Origin: Chitinophagales bacterium
GTDB lineage: Bacteria > Bacteroidota > Bacteroidia > Chitinophagales > JADIYW01
NCBI GenBank assembly: GCA_023957245.1
Contig: JAMLHJ010000015.1
Coordinates: 4,542-68,541 of the forward strand
Direction of reading: 5' to 3'
DNA length: 64,000 bases
Program-made: the position numbers and the translations under genes
Notes under the pieces: model-generated
Seen by the model: the letters and a program-made list of their open reading frames with translations, nothing else
What the model was told of the DNA's origin: nothing
The model's database searches: none
In this document: piece by piece, positions 11,148 through 22,300 of the stretch
Position numbering within the stretch: position 1 is the first letter of the stretch
Layout: every line of letters begins with the position of its first letter

Positions 11148-12116
11148 ATGAAAGTTTCTGAACTAAAAGCCCCAATCGATGAGGAGCTGCGTATTTTTGA
11201 AAAAAAATTTCGAGAAGCAATGCGTAGTGATGTGGCGCTATTAGACAAAGTCACTTATTATATATATCAGAGAAAAGGCAAACAGATACGTCCAATGTTT
11301 GTATTCCTAGCTGCAAAAATGTGTGGTGGAGTTACAGAAGCTACTTACACAGGAGCATCTCTTATCGAGCTACTGCATACAGCTACCTTAGTACATGATG
11401 ATGTGGTAGATGATGCCAATGAACGGAGAGGATTTTTCTCCATCAATGCTTTGTGGAAAAACAAAATTGCTGTATTAGTAGGTGATTATTTATTATCCAA
11501 AGGCTTATTATTATCGTTAGAACATCAACAATTTAGATTACTGCAAATCGTCACTTCGGCAGTTAAAGCTATGAGTGAAGGTGAGCTTTTACAAATTGAA
11601 AAAGCCAGAAAATTAGATATTACCGAAGAAGTATATTTTCAAATTATTACTGGAAAAACAGCTTCATTGATGGCTTCGGCATGTGCCACAGGAGCAGCAT
11701 CTTCAACAAATGACGAAGAATTAATAGAAAAAATGCGCCTGATAGGCGAATACATCGGTATATCTTTTCAGATTAAAGATGATTTATTTGACTATGGGGA
11801 AGCAGACATTGGCAAGCCAAGAGGTATAGATATCAAAGAAAGGAAAATGACACTCCCTTTGATATACACCCTTAACAATTGCACTCCAAAAGAGAAGAAA
11901 TGGATTATCAATATCGTAAAAAATCACAATGAAGACAAAGCTCGTGTGAATGAATTAATTCTTTTTGTTAATCAAAAAGGAGGGATACAATACACCATCC
12001 AGATGATGAACCAATACAAACAAAAAGCATTTGATGTCATTGCAACTATACCTGATTCAGAAGCCAAAGAAGGCTTAATTGAATTGGTCAATTATATTAC
12101 TGAAAGAAATTATTAG
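11148..12116 (+). CDS. ispB: Polyprenyl diphosphate synthase
   Basis: GKQIRP, LVHDDVVD, FQIKDDLFD motifs. Confidence 0.9.
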   Translation: MKVSELKAPIDEELRIFEKKFREAMRSDVALLDKVTYYIYQRKGKQIRPMFVFLAAKMCGGVTEATYTGASLIELLHTATLVHDDVVDDANERRGFFSINALWKNKIAVLVGDYLLSKGLLLSLEHQQFRLLQIVTSAVKAMSEGELLQIEKARKLDITEEVYFQIITGKTASLMASACATGAASSTNDEELIEKMRLIGEYIGISFQIKDDLFDYGEADIGKPRGIDIKERKMTLPLIYTLNNCTPKEKKWIINIVKNHNEDKARVNELILFVNQKGGIQYTIQMMNQYKQKAFDVIATIPDSEAKEGLIELVNYITERNY

Positions 12117-12117
12117 C

Positions 12118-13122
12118 ATGAAATTTCAATTTCATAAGAATGACAAGATAAACACCCAATGGTACATTCTCCTGCTAGGTATTATCTTGATGATTTTGAA
12201 ATTTATCGCTTATTTCCATACACATTCCAATGCTATTTTATCTGACGCTTTAGAAAGCATTGTCAATATTATTGCTGGAGCATTCGGTCTGTATAGTTTA
12301 TATCTTTCTGCCAAACCAAGAGATTTTGACCATCCTTATGGTCATGGGAAAATTGAATTCATATCATCTTCTTTAGAAGGTGGAATGATTTTATTTGCAG
12401 GATTATCAATAGGACTAAAAGCCATCTATGGTATCATACATCCATCACCAATTTACAAACTGGATATAGGTATTTTGCTAATTGCCATTTCGGGAGCACT
12501 CAACTATTTAATGGGTGCTTTTGCAGTAAAAAAAGGAAGAAAAAAACATTCTCTTGCATTGGAAGCGAGTGGAGTCCATCTCAAAACAGATGCATATACG
12601 ACCATAGGTGTTTTAGTTGGACTTGCTATTATCCACATTACTGGATTTGTCATTTTAGACAATATCATCGCATTACTAATGAGTTTCCTTATTATTTTCA
12701 ATGGCTATTTCATCCTCAAGAAATCGATGTCTGGTATCATGGATGAAGCTGATTTCGAACTCAATAAAAAAGTCATTCAACATATCAATTCCAATAGAGT
12801 TCCTGAATGGATAGACGTACATAATTTTAGAATTATAAAATATGGAGAAATCATACACATAGATTGTCATATGACTATGCCATGGTATTTTTCTTTACAA
12901 CAAGCACACGATCAAATGAAAGATTTTGAAAAATGCTTACAAAATTCAGTTCTTAATCCAGTTGAAACTTTTATACATATTGACCCATGTATTCCCAAAT
13001 CTTGCTCTATTTGTTCAGTTGAAAATTGTGCATACCGAACTGCTCCTTTTAAAGAAAAGATTGAATGGACTTTGGATAATATAACAAAGAACCAAAAGCA
13101 TCAGTACAGTCAAAATAAATAG
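12118..13122 (+). CDS. Cation diffusion facilitator transporter
   Basis: SDALES, PRDFDHPYGHGKIE, HLKTD; start placed at ATG 12118. Confidence 0.9.
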   Translation: MKFQFHKNDKINTQWYILLLGIILMILKFIAYFHTHSNAILSDALESIVNIIAGAFGLYSLYLSAKPRDFDHPYGHGKIEFISSSLEGGMILFAGLSIGLKAIYGIIHPSPIYKLDIGILLIAISGALNYLMGAFAVKKGRKKHSLALEASGVHLKTDAYTTIGVLVGLAIIHITGFVILDNIIALLMSFLIIFNGYFILKKSMSGIMDEADFELNKKVIQHINSNRVPEWIDVHNFRIIKYGEIIHIDCHMTMPWYFSLQQAHDQMKDFEKCLQNSVLNPVETFIHIDPCIPKSCSICSVENCAYRTAPFKEKIEWTLDNITKNQKHQYSQNK

Positions 13123-13162
13123 AAAAAAATTCTACACTATCAATATTACTTGTAGCTATTCC

Positions 13163-13912
13163 TTATGGCTCAACAGTATTTTTATTTTTGTGTAAGTGAG
13201 GCACTAAAATACCCACTGTTGCACCTACAATATACCCAGTAAGAATATCTGTCCAAAAATGCTTACCACCACTATATCTCAACATTCCCACTCCTAAAGG
13301 AAACATAGCCGCTCCTGTCCAAACCAAAGGCTTCCAACGGCTATTGGGATTCATATCAGCATAAATTTTAGCAGTAAAAAAAGTACTTGCAGCTGTCATG
13401 GAAGTATGTCCTGAGAAAAAAGAAGCACGAGCCTCTTTCTTCATTTTTTTCTCCAAAGGAACATCATCATAATACACATAAGGCCTTGTTCTTCTAACCA
13501 ATTCTTTTGTCATACCTGTTAAAGCATAAGTCAAAGCAAAAGTTTCAGCCCACATCGGTGCTATATATCTTAATTCAGTCTTATTTCGTACTTTGCTATC
13601 TATCAATAAAAGAAGTGGAGTTGCAACCGCAGTCATCATTCCTATATCACTCACCAAATGAATCTTCTTATTATATGAGCGGTTGATAGAAGAATGATCA
13701 AATTTATTGACATTGAACTGCAATTGTTGTATTTCACTTTCTGTAAACCCTTGATTCTTCTTTTGTTTTATCAAAGCAGTAGTTCCTGCACCCACAGTAA
13801 TTGTCCCCAATGAAATATCCACACCTATTCTATGCTTATAGGTCTGTGCAAATGAAAAATGTGTTGAAAATAAAAGACAAAGTGTTATTAAAGCAAAAAG
13901 ATTCTTATTCAT
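13163..13912 (-). CDS. PAP2-family phosphatase
   Basis: K...RTRP, SFFSGHT, R...KHFWTD motifs; signal peptide. Confidence 0.85.
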   Translation of the reverse strand: MNKNLFALITLCLLFSTHFSFAQTYKHRIGVDISLGTITVGAGTTALIKQKKNQGFTESEIQQLQFNVNKFDHSSINRSYNKKIHLVSDIGMMTAVATPLLLLIDSKVRNKTELRYIAPMWAETFALTYALTGMTKELVRRTRPYVYYDDVPLEKKMKKEARASFFSGHTSMTAASTFFTAKIYADMNPNSRWKPLVWTGAAMFPLGVGMLRYSGGKHFWTDILTGYIVGATVGILVPHLHKNKNTVEP

Positions 13913-13983
13913 ATTTCAAAAATAGACATTAATGTATTTACTTTACACTGACTCGTAGGAATATATTCTACAAATTAAATTAA

Positions 13984-14925
13984 ATGGTTGTGAGAAGAGT
14001 TCTGTCCTTGATTTTTTTTCTGTGTGCTTTCAAAAGTTATGCTATTACTTTTAATGGACACATATATGATATGGATACAAAAGCTCCAATTCAATATGCT
14101 TATTTATCTGTTTTTATAAAAGGCACTAATGAAATTTTCAATGCTGTTTCAGATAGTAATGGATATTACTCGATAACAGTTCCAGATACATGGATAGAAG
14201 CTGAATATGGCATGAGGTTAGAGCATGGGCTATATTATTTAGTCAATGGAATTGTATTGGTCAAAAATGAAGCTGTTAGAGATTTTTACATGAAGCTCAA
14301 AAACATCGAAACAGTTGAGAATCTGCAAGAAGAAAAAGTAGTAGAAGAAGCTCCAATGCCTACTAGCAATATTGTTTTCCTCATTGATGTTTCCAAATCT
14401 ATGAATGAAGACCATAAAATAGATATGCTAAAAGTAGCAATGAAAAAATTGGCTTCATTATTAAGAGATACAGACAAAATCAGTATTGTCACCTATTCTA
14501 CAGATGCTCAAATCTATATGAAAACGACTACTGGAAAAGAAATTGATAAGATTAACGCAGCCATAGATGCTCTTAAATGCAATGGAATAACAATGAGTGG
14601 ATTGGGCTTAGAACTTGCCTTTTCAGTTGCAAAAAAGAATTATATCAAAGGTCAAAATAATAAAGTGATTCTCAATACAGATGGAATTTTCACTAGCACA
14701 CAGAGTAAGCAGTACAAAACCATGGAAAAATTGATTGAGAAAATGCGTTCCAAAAAAATTGCACTCACTGTATTTTCTTATGGAGATTTAATGCCTAGAA
14801 CAAAAGACAACCTTAGAAAAATGTCTGAATTGGGTGGTGGCACTTATGCACATATTGAAAGCAACCAAATGGCAATCGAAGAAGTTGTTGATGAAGCAAA
14901 AAATATCGGAGTTTTCGGTAAATAG
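13984..14925 (+). CDS. Secreted von Willebrand factor A domain protein
   Basis: NIVFLIDVSKSM MIDAS motif, TDG; N-terminal signal peptide. Confidence 0.85.
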   Translation: MVVRRVLSLIFFLCAFKSYAITFNGHIYDMDTKAPIQYAYLSVFIKGTNEIFNAVSDSNGYYSITVPDTWIEAEYGMRLEHGLYYLVNGIVLVKNEAVRDFYMKLKNIETVENLQEEKVVEEAPMPTSNIVFLIDVSKSMNEDHKIDMLKVAMKKLASLLRDTDKISIVTYSTDAQIYMKTTTGKEIDKINAAIDALKCNGITMSGLGLELAFSVAKKNYIKGQNNKVILNTDGIFTSTQSKQYKTMEKLIEKMRSKKIALTVFSYGDLMPRTKDNLRKMSELGGGTYAHIESNQMAIEEVVDEAKNIGVFGK

Positions 14926-14990
14926 TTATTTTATTGCAATTTCATTTCCTTTTCAACTTGAAATCAAGCATTTTTTTATAATTTCAAGTA

Positions 14991-16079
14991 ATGAAAAATA
15001 TTTTACTCACTATTATAGCATGTCTGAATGTCTTTTTAGTATTTGCTCAAGGCACTTACTATAACGATTTAGATAGCAATAAAAGATGCCAAGAACTCAA
15101 AAACGAGCTAAGTCAGAAATTAAATAAAAATGTATCTACATTATCATACGATATGGTATATAATTTTATGTCTAATTATGACCTCATCAATATCAATGGC
15201 AAAGATTACATTTGGGACGTTTACACATATATTCCTAGTGGTGCACAGCAAACTTTATTTTTTCCTGGCGACAAATGTTCCAATGACAATGCTGGAAGTC
15301 AAGTAGGAAAATGTTGGAACAGAGAACACGTTATGCCTGCATCTTGGTTCAGCAATGCTACACCTATGTACAGTGATTTTCACAATTTGCTACCGACCGA
15401 TGCTTATATAAATAGCAAACGTAGCAATATGCCTCACGCAACTACCAATAGTACAAAAACATTATTTCCTAATGGCAGTATTATTGGTAATAGTAATATT
15501 CCATTGGTTGTTGGAGATGTTTTTGAACCTATAGACGAATTCAAAGGAGATATAGCTAGAATTCTTCTCTATATGTCAGTCCGTTATCAAACTCAATTTA
15601 AAGAATGGATCGGCACTGATTTTAATAAAGTCAAAGGGACAGACGATTTGAAAGGTTATAGAGAAGATTACCTCAATATGCTTATCAGTTGGCACAATCA
15701 AGATCCACCTTCTCAAAAAGAAAAAGATAGAAATAATAGAATCTTTTCACAACAAGGCAACCGAAATCCATTTGTTGACTTTCCTCAATTTGTAGAATAT
15801 ATTTGGCAAACTTCTAATTGTAAAGCCGTAGGGATACATAATTTTGAGCAACTAGAAGTGAATTTATTTCCCAATCCTGCCAAATCGCAAATTACTTTAA
15901 GCAGTATTTTTCCTACAGGTCAAGATTATTACATATCTGATATTGCAGGAAAAACAGTACAATCTGGAAAATTTTCACAAAGCAGTATCAATATTTCTAA
16001 TCTCAACAATGGCACATATTTCCTTATATTAAATGAAAATGGTGTCAATATGTATGGTAAGTTTCTGATTACTCAGTAG
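14991..16079 (+). CDS. Endonuclease I-family nuclease with T9SS C-terminal domain
   Basis: WNREHVMPASW, DFHNL, KGDIAR, QGNRNPFVD; C-terminal LFPNPA...GTYFL. Confidence 0.88.
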   Translation: MKNILLTIIACLNVFLVFAQGTYYNDLDSNKRCQELKNELSQKLNKNVSTLSYDMVYNFMSNYDLININGKDYIWDVYTYIPSGAQQTLFFPGDKCSNDNAGSQVGKCWNREHVMPASWFSNATPMYSDFHNLLPTDAYINSKRSNMPHATTNSTKTLFPNGSIIGNSNIPLVVGDVFEPIDEFKGDIARILLYMSVRYQTQFKEWIGTDFNKVKGTDDLKGYREDYLNMLISWHNQDPPSQKEKDRNNRIFSQQGNRNPFVDFPQFVEYIWQTSNCKAVGIHNFEQLEVNLFPNPAKSQITLSSIFPTGQDYYISDIAGKTVQSGKFSQSSINISNLNNGTYFLILNENGVNMYGKFLITQ

Positions 16080-16157
16080 AAATTAATATATTTAGTCTAA
16101 CTTTGAAAATTTCAACAAAGGGTTTATGCTCTTTGTTTCAACATAAATTATAATAAA

Positions 16158-17426
16158 ATGGGATGTAGTGGTTGTGGAACAACTCCTGGAGGCTGTAAAA
16201 GTAAAGGAAGATGTAGCTCAGGGGGTTGCTCGAAAATGCATGTTTATGACTGGCTATCAGATATAGCCATTTCTCCATACGATGATTTCAATATTTTTGA
16301 AGTCAGTTTTAAAGATGGCGCAAGAAAAGGATTTTTTATCAACGAAGAAAATCTTGACATATATACTGGCGACCAAGTGGTCGTAGAAGCTTCAATGGGA
16401 TATGATATTGGAACGATTTCGCTAGGTGGCGAATTGGTGAAAATCCAGATGAAGAAAAGAAAAGTGAAAGAAACTGATGAGTTTGCTAAAATCTTAAGAA
16501 TTGCCAATGAAAAAGAATTAGCTCTTGTTGAAGAAGCAAGGTCTAGAGAAAAAGAAACCATGCTCAAAGCTAGAATAATGGCAAGAAGTCTAGGTTTGGA
16601 TATGAAATTAGGCGATGTAGAGTTTCAGGCTGACTGCAAAAAGGCAACTTTTTATTATACTGCTACTCATAGGGTCGATTTCAGAGAATTGATAAAAGAG
16701 CTTGCAAAAGAATTTAAGGTGAAGATAGAAATGCGTCAAATCGGTGCACGTCAAGAAGCCGCAAGAGTTGGAGGTATTGGTAGTTGTGGGAGAGAACTTT
16801 GTTGCTCTACTTGGATGAACACCTTCAAGTCTGTCAATACTTCAGCAGCTAGATATCAAAATCTTTCTATCAATCAGACTAAATTATCTGGACAGTGTGG
16901 TAGATTGAAATGTTGTCTCAATTTTGAACTTGATACCTACCTTGACGCTTTAAAAGATTTCCCTGAAAAAGCAGATTTCTTAGAAACAGAAGCAGGAACT
17001 GCAAAGTTAATGAAAACAGATATTCTTAAAGGTTTAATGTTTTACGCATATCCTAAGCAAGGCATCTTCTACCCTATTCCAATTGCGAAAGTAAAAGACA
17101 TTCTTAAAATGAATCAAGAAGGTAAAAAACCTGCTGATTTGTTAGAAATGGCTGATGTACAAGAAAAAGAAGAAAGCATTGAATTTGTTGATGTTGTAGG
17201 TCAAGTATCTTTAAAAAGTCTTGAAAAAACCGAGAAGCGCACTAAAAAGAAAAAACAATCTGGAAACAATGCTCCTCAAAATAGAGAAGTAGCTCAGAAC
17301 AAATCAAATGATAATGCCTCGCCTTCTTCTGAAAAAACGGACAATCCTTCAACAGGAAATCCGCAAAAGAAGAATTTCAAAAAATGGAAAAACAACGGTC
17401 AAAATAAAAACAAAACTGGAGAATAG
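16158..17426 (+). CDS. PSP1-domain / RicT(YaaT)-like Fe-S protein
   Basis: FYYTA..RVDFRELIK, IEMRQIGARQEA, GIGSCGRELCCS, GQCGRLKCCLNFE. Confidence 0.9.
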   Translation: MGCSGCGTTPGGCKSKGRCSSGGCSKMHVYDWLSDIAISPYDDFNIFEVSFKDGARKGFFINEENLDIYTGDQVVVEASMGYDIGTISLGGELVKIQMKKRKVKETDEFAKILRIANEKELALVEEARSREKETMLKARIMARSLGLDMKLGDVEFQADCKKATFYYTATHRVDFRELIKELAKEFKVKIEMRQIGARQEAARVGGIGSCGRELCCSTWMNTFKSVNTSAARYQNLSINQTKLSGQCGRLKCCLNFELDTYLDALKDFPEKADFLETEAGTAKLMKTDILKGLMFYAYPKQGIFYPIPIAKVKDILKMNQEGKKPADLLEMADVQEKEESIEFVDVVGQVSLKSLEKTEKRTKKKKQSGNNAPQNREVAQNKSNDNASPSSEKTDNPSTGNPQKKNFKKWKNNGQNKNKTGE

Positions 17427-17528
17427 ATTTTTAGGGGAAGTTTTAAAAGACTATAGCTTAGTTTGTATTGTATTTTATATTATTTATAGAACATCTTCTA
17501 ACTAATTGGTGGATTGAATAATTAAGTA

Positions 17529-19160
17529 TTACCCTCCAGATTGTTTGGCATATTGGACGATATCATTCATAATATTCTTACCCAAAATTGAAGAAGCTGT
17601 CAAAACACCACTCATTAATGCACCTGCAATACCTACTGTAACAATATCTTGTCCAGTAATAAATAAATTTTTGATAGGTGTTTTAGGTTGAAGGAAGTCT
17701 GCATCAAATCGCTGAGGATCATGAGATAATCCATATATTTCCCCTTTCTGATAGTTGCAAAAGTTTTTGGTAGAAAGAGGTGTTGACAGTTCATAAGTAT
17801 CAATTTTACCCTCCAATTGAGGTTCCATCTTGTATAAATGAGCTAGCAAACGCTGAGAGATTTCTTCTTTAAAAGCATCGTAATCTTCTCCCCTTTTCTT
17901 CCAACGAGAACCTTCCCACTCCTTGAACCAATCATAATTGGCTACAGAAATAATTTCTATCGTTGACCTTCCAGGGTATTTTTCCAAAAATTTAGGATTC
18001 TTGGCAGACGGAAACGAAATATAAACTACAGGAAATTCTTGTTTGTAGTCATTCAAATATTTCTCTACTGCTTCATCATGATTATTGCCACAAGGGTAAA
18101 TCCAATAATTGGCTTTGGGGAGATTCAATTCCTCTGCCGTCTGCTTCAATCCAATATATAAACTAAAATGTGCATTAGACGGTTCTACTTTTTTCAATGT
18201 CTTAAGAAATTTTATTTTTTTCTGATTTTCTTCATTCAATAACTTCTCAAAAGTAAGATGTACTCCCGCTCCACTCACTACTATATCAGAAGTAATTTTC
18301 TTGCCATCAGCCATTAACACACCTATTGCTTTCCCTCCTTCTACTATAATTTCTTTCACTTCTGCACTGATAACTGTTTTTCCTCCTGCATTAATCACAC
18401 TAGGCATTATGGTATTGAAAATTTCTTCAGAGCCACCGATTGGATAGAAACCACCATTCATGTAATGCAAAGCAACTGCTGCGTGAATCACAATGCTACT
18501 TTGTGCTGGAGGCATTCCATAATCACCAAACTGAGCTGAAAGAACAGCTTTAAGCTCATCGTTATCCGAAATACTATCTAAAATTTCTTTTGTTGTTCTA
18601 CTGGAAAATTTCTGATAAGCTTTAGATAAAAATGGACTAGAAAAGAATTGAGCCAACTTTGGCAATGCCTTCAACATATAAAAATTCTTAGCAGCCGCAT
18701 TGACAGCAAATAACAACTCTACATACTTATCTATTGCCCTTGCATCATCTGCAGTAGGGAAATAGAATTTCATTCTTTCCTTCCAATTATTCAAACCTTT
18801 GACATAATCAAATACTTTACCATTGATAACTACTCGGTCATACACTTCGCCCATGTCTGCCCATTTCAAATTTTTATCTGTAATGTATTCAAAGATAATT
18901 CTGAGTGCAGAACCCTTCCGATCCATATCTCCCACATAATGCAATCCCACATCCCACTCATAATCATTCCTTGTAAAAACATGAGTATATCCTCCAGGCG
19001 TATAATGTCGCTCACAAATCAATACTTTTTTGCCATTTCTAGCCAATAATGATGCAGCACATAATGAACCTAATCCAGAACCAATAAATATAGCATCATA
19101 ATGCTCATCTAATTGAGGTCTCTTTTTATAGGAATAAAATAAAGGAGTGGCGTGTTCCAT
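17529..19160 (-). CDS. Phytoene desaturase-family FAD oxidoreductase (retinol saturase-like)
   Basis: IGSGLGSL FAD motif, GGYTHVF, WDVGLHYVG, TPIKNLFITGQD. Confidence 0.8.
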   Translation of the reverse strand: MEHATPLFYSYKKRPQLDEHYDAIFIGSGLGSLCAASLLARNGKKVLICERHYTPGGYTHVFTRNDYEWDVGLHYVGDMDRKGSALRIIFEYITDKNLKWADMGEVYDRVVINGKVFDYVKGLNNWKERMKFYFPTADDARAIDKYVELLFAVNAAAKNFYMLKALPKLAQFFSSPFLSKAYQKFSSRTTKEILDSISDNDELKAVLSAQFGDYGMPPAQSSIVIHAAVALHYMNGGFYPIGGSEEIFNTIMPSVINAGGKTVISAEVKEIIVEGGKAIGVLMADGKKITSDIVVSGAGVHLTFEKLLNEENQKKIKFLKTLKKVEPSNAHFSLYIGLKQTAEELNLPKANYWIYPCGNNHDEAVEKYLNDYKQEFPVVYISFPSAKNPKFLEKYPGRSTIEIISVANYDWFKEWEGSRWKKRGEDYDAFKEEISQRLLAHLYKMEPQLEGKIDTYELSTPLSTKNFCNYQKGEIYGLSHDPQRFDADFLQPKTPIKNLFITGQDIVTVGIAGALMSGVLTASSILGKNIMNDIVQYAKQSGG

Positions 19161-19351
19161 AATTTTCTTTTTACCAAATATAGAGAATCAGACCTTAAAT
19201 ATTTACGAATAGTAAGGAAATAAAACAACAGATATAAATCATTATTAATTAAGGCATAATACTGGAAAATGGTAAGTAAAATCCCCCTATTAGGCTTAGG
19301 TATAAAGGGACAAAATAAGGCTTTATGAGTCTATTTCATAAAACTTTTACC

Positions 19352-22300
19352 CTATGATTTAACTGTTTTCAGTTGAACAAAAAATGTCGAACCTTCATTT
19401 TCAGCTCCAGATTCAGCCCATATTTTGCCATCAACAGATTCAATAATATTTCTGCTAATAGCCAAGCCAAGCCCTGTACCTGATGATTTGGTCGTGAAAT
19501 TTGGTTCAAAAATAATATCTATACGTTCGGGTGGAATACCTATTCCATTATCCTTAATAGAAACTATGCAATAACCATTATACTCTTCCACTTTAATGAA
19601 AATAATCACTTGTTGTTCTTCTGGAATGGACTGAATAGCATTTTTAATCAAATTGGTAAATACTCTGACTATCTGATCTTTATCAACAAAAACATTTATC
19701 GTATGTTCTGGAATTGATGTAAAAATATTAACATGTTCAGATGTCTTAAACAAGTCAACCAAACTCAAAAGAATAGGAACAATATTTTCATTTTTCGGCT
19801 GACCAATAGGCATTTTAGCAAAATTGGAAAATGCAGTTGCGATGCCTGACAAAGTATCTATCTGTTCAATTAATCGAGACGCAATCTGTTTAGTCAATTC
19901 TTCTTTATCATCTCGGTTTTCATCTATTGCTCTCTGCATATATTGAATACTCAATTTCATTGGAGTCAAAGGATTTTTAATCTCATGAGCTACCTGTTTT
20001 GCCATTTCTCGCCATGCACCTTCCCTTTCAGACTTTGCCAACAATCCCACACTTTCTTCCAACTCATCAATCATTCGATTGTATTCATTGACTAGATGTC
20101 CAATCTCATCTTTATTCTTCCAAATAATATGGCTATTCTTCTTTCCCAACTGTACATCTTTGATGTTTTCTGTTATGATACTCAAAGGTTTTACTATTGC
20201 TCTAGATACCCAAATCGAAATAAATACAGCTCCAATAATCAAAAGTGCGTAGATATTAATCAATGACATCAAGAAAAAAGAAATATCATTCTTGATATTC
20301 ATTTCTTTGCCATAATAAGGAAAATTAATATAAGCCACTAATTTTCCATTGGGATCTGTTACTGGCAAATATGCCGCCATATACTTCAATTTCCCAATTG
20401 ATTCTTCATGGATAAAACTAGAATACTCTTTAATTTTCAAAGCTTTGTAAGCAGCAATATTCATCAAATTTGACAATAAACCACCTTTGAAAATTTCTGA
20501 TTGCGAGGAATACAATAACTTACCATTCAAGTCATAAGCATTCATATCAATAGCAAATATTTCCGACAGTTGCTTCATCTTATTTTTAAGAATATTATTA
20601 AAAATCTCATCATGATTTTCAACAAAACTTTCTGCATATAATGCTTCTAATGCATCTACGACTGAATGCCCCCTCTGTTTCAAACTTTCGTTATGCATGT
20701 GATTATACTGCACATTGAAGAAAAATACAGTCATAGAACCAATCAGTACCAAGGATATTAATACCTGACTGACCATAGAAATCTGTATCTGTTTTTGTAG
20801 AGAATTCAACTTAAATTTTCTTTTCAATTGCCTACCCAATACCCAAAAATTACCATAATCTGTAGATAGACTCAATAGATAAAAAAACAATATTTGGATA
20901 ATTAACAAATAAGAGAAATAGGAAAATGAACTCAATATGCCAATATCTTTATAACTGACCACCACTTGCTTTTCATCCATTCTATATATCACATGATGAT
21001 AATCACCCTCTTTCTTATAAAGATATTTACCAGAGATAGGTATTGAAAACTTAAAATTAATAGGATAACTATAGTTGCCATTTACACTCATTAATCGTTT
21101 ATTACGATAAATAGCATAAGACAGATTCGAAATCTTTCTATCCATTGAAAACTCTTGACTTGTCTTGAGTAATTCTGGATAGGCACTATAAGATGTGAAA
21201 GTTTTAGGCGTAAATACAGTCACTAAATATCCTATCAATTTATCTTCATTATAATATTCGATAAACGCCATATACTTTTCACCTCTCGGTTTCACAGATA
21301 AATAATAGATATATGGAGAGATTTTTTGAACACCCTTCTCATTTCTATTCGTTTTTAATGCATAAAAAGTTTTGCTTCCCTCGCCTTTCAACTGCATCCC
21401 TTCATTGTTAAATGTATGGATAGAGATATTATATTTACCTTGATATTTACTAAAATACCTTTGCAAAACTCTTCTATTAATATCGAAAGACGACAAATAA
21501 GGATTTTCAAAATAGGTTTTAATGAAGTTATCTACCTTGATTTCTTCAACAATATTGGCAATATCATATTCTTCCGCATAGTCTCGTTCAGAAGCCAATT
21601 CAACTGCATAATGTTGAACTAAGTCTTTCTTGCGTTCATTTGTAAAAAATAATATACAATAAGCACCTAGCAATGCATATATAGATAAGAGAATAACACT
21701 CATTGAGAAACCTTCTCTAGTTCCTTTCTCCTTGTCAGAATTTATCCATTTCAATACTCTAACATAAACTAGGTATATTATTAATGAACCTATAACAAAT
21801 TGAATATTTTCAAAAAAATGTAATAAATAACCTAAATAAATAAGTGAAATATGGAAAGGTATTTGAAATAGAATAAATCGTTTATCGAAATCTGAAGGTT
21901 GAAGATATCTAACTGGAATAAACATTATTCCAAAAGAGAAATTGATAATCAAAATACCAATAAATGTGCTTAAATCAATTTGGTCAAATCTATATAAATC
22001 AAAGGAAACTATTGAGTTATGTAGTAAACTACCAATAATAAAAATGAGAAAATAAAAAGTAAAAGGTAGATAAAAGGAAAAGAATACAGTTCTCCAAAAT
22101 TGTTTACTTAGCTTTCTCTTCACAAATAAATACCTTATCCAATGTCTTAATCCCCAATGTAATAAGTGAACTCTAAAAAGCAATTCTCCTAATGAATCTG
22201 ACCAATCAGAAGCATAGCTATCATATTGAAAAATATTTCCAATCGCAGTGAAAGAAGGTATTTGAAGCCAATTGACATATACTTCAATCCACAAAAAGTA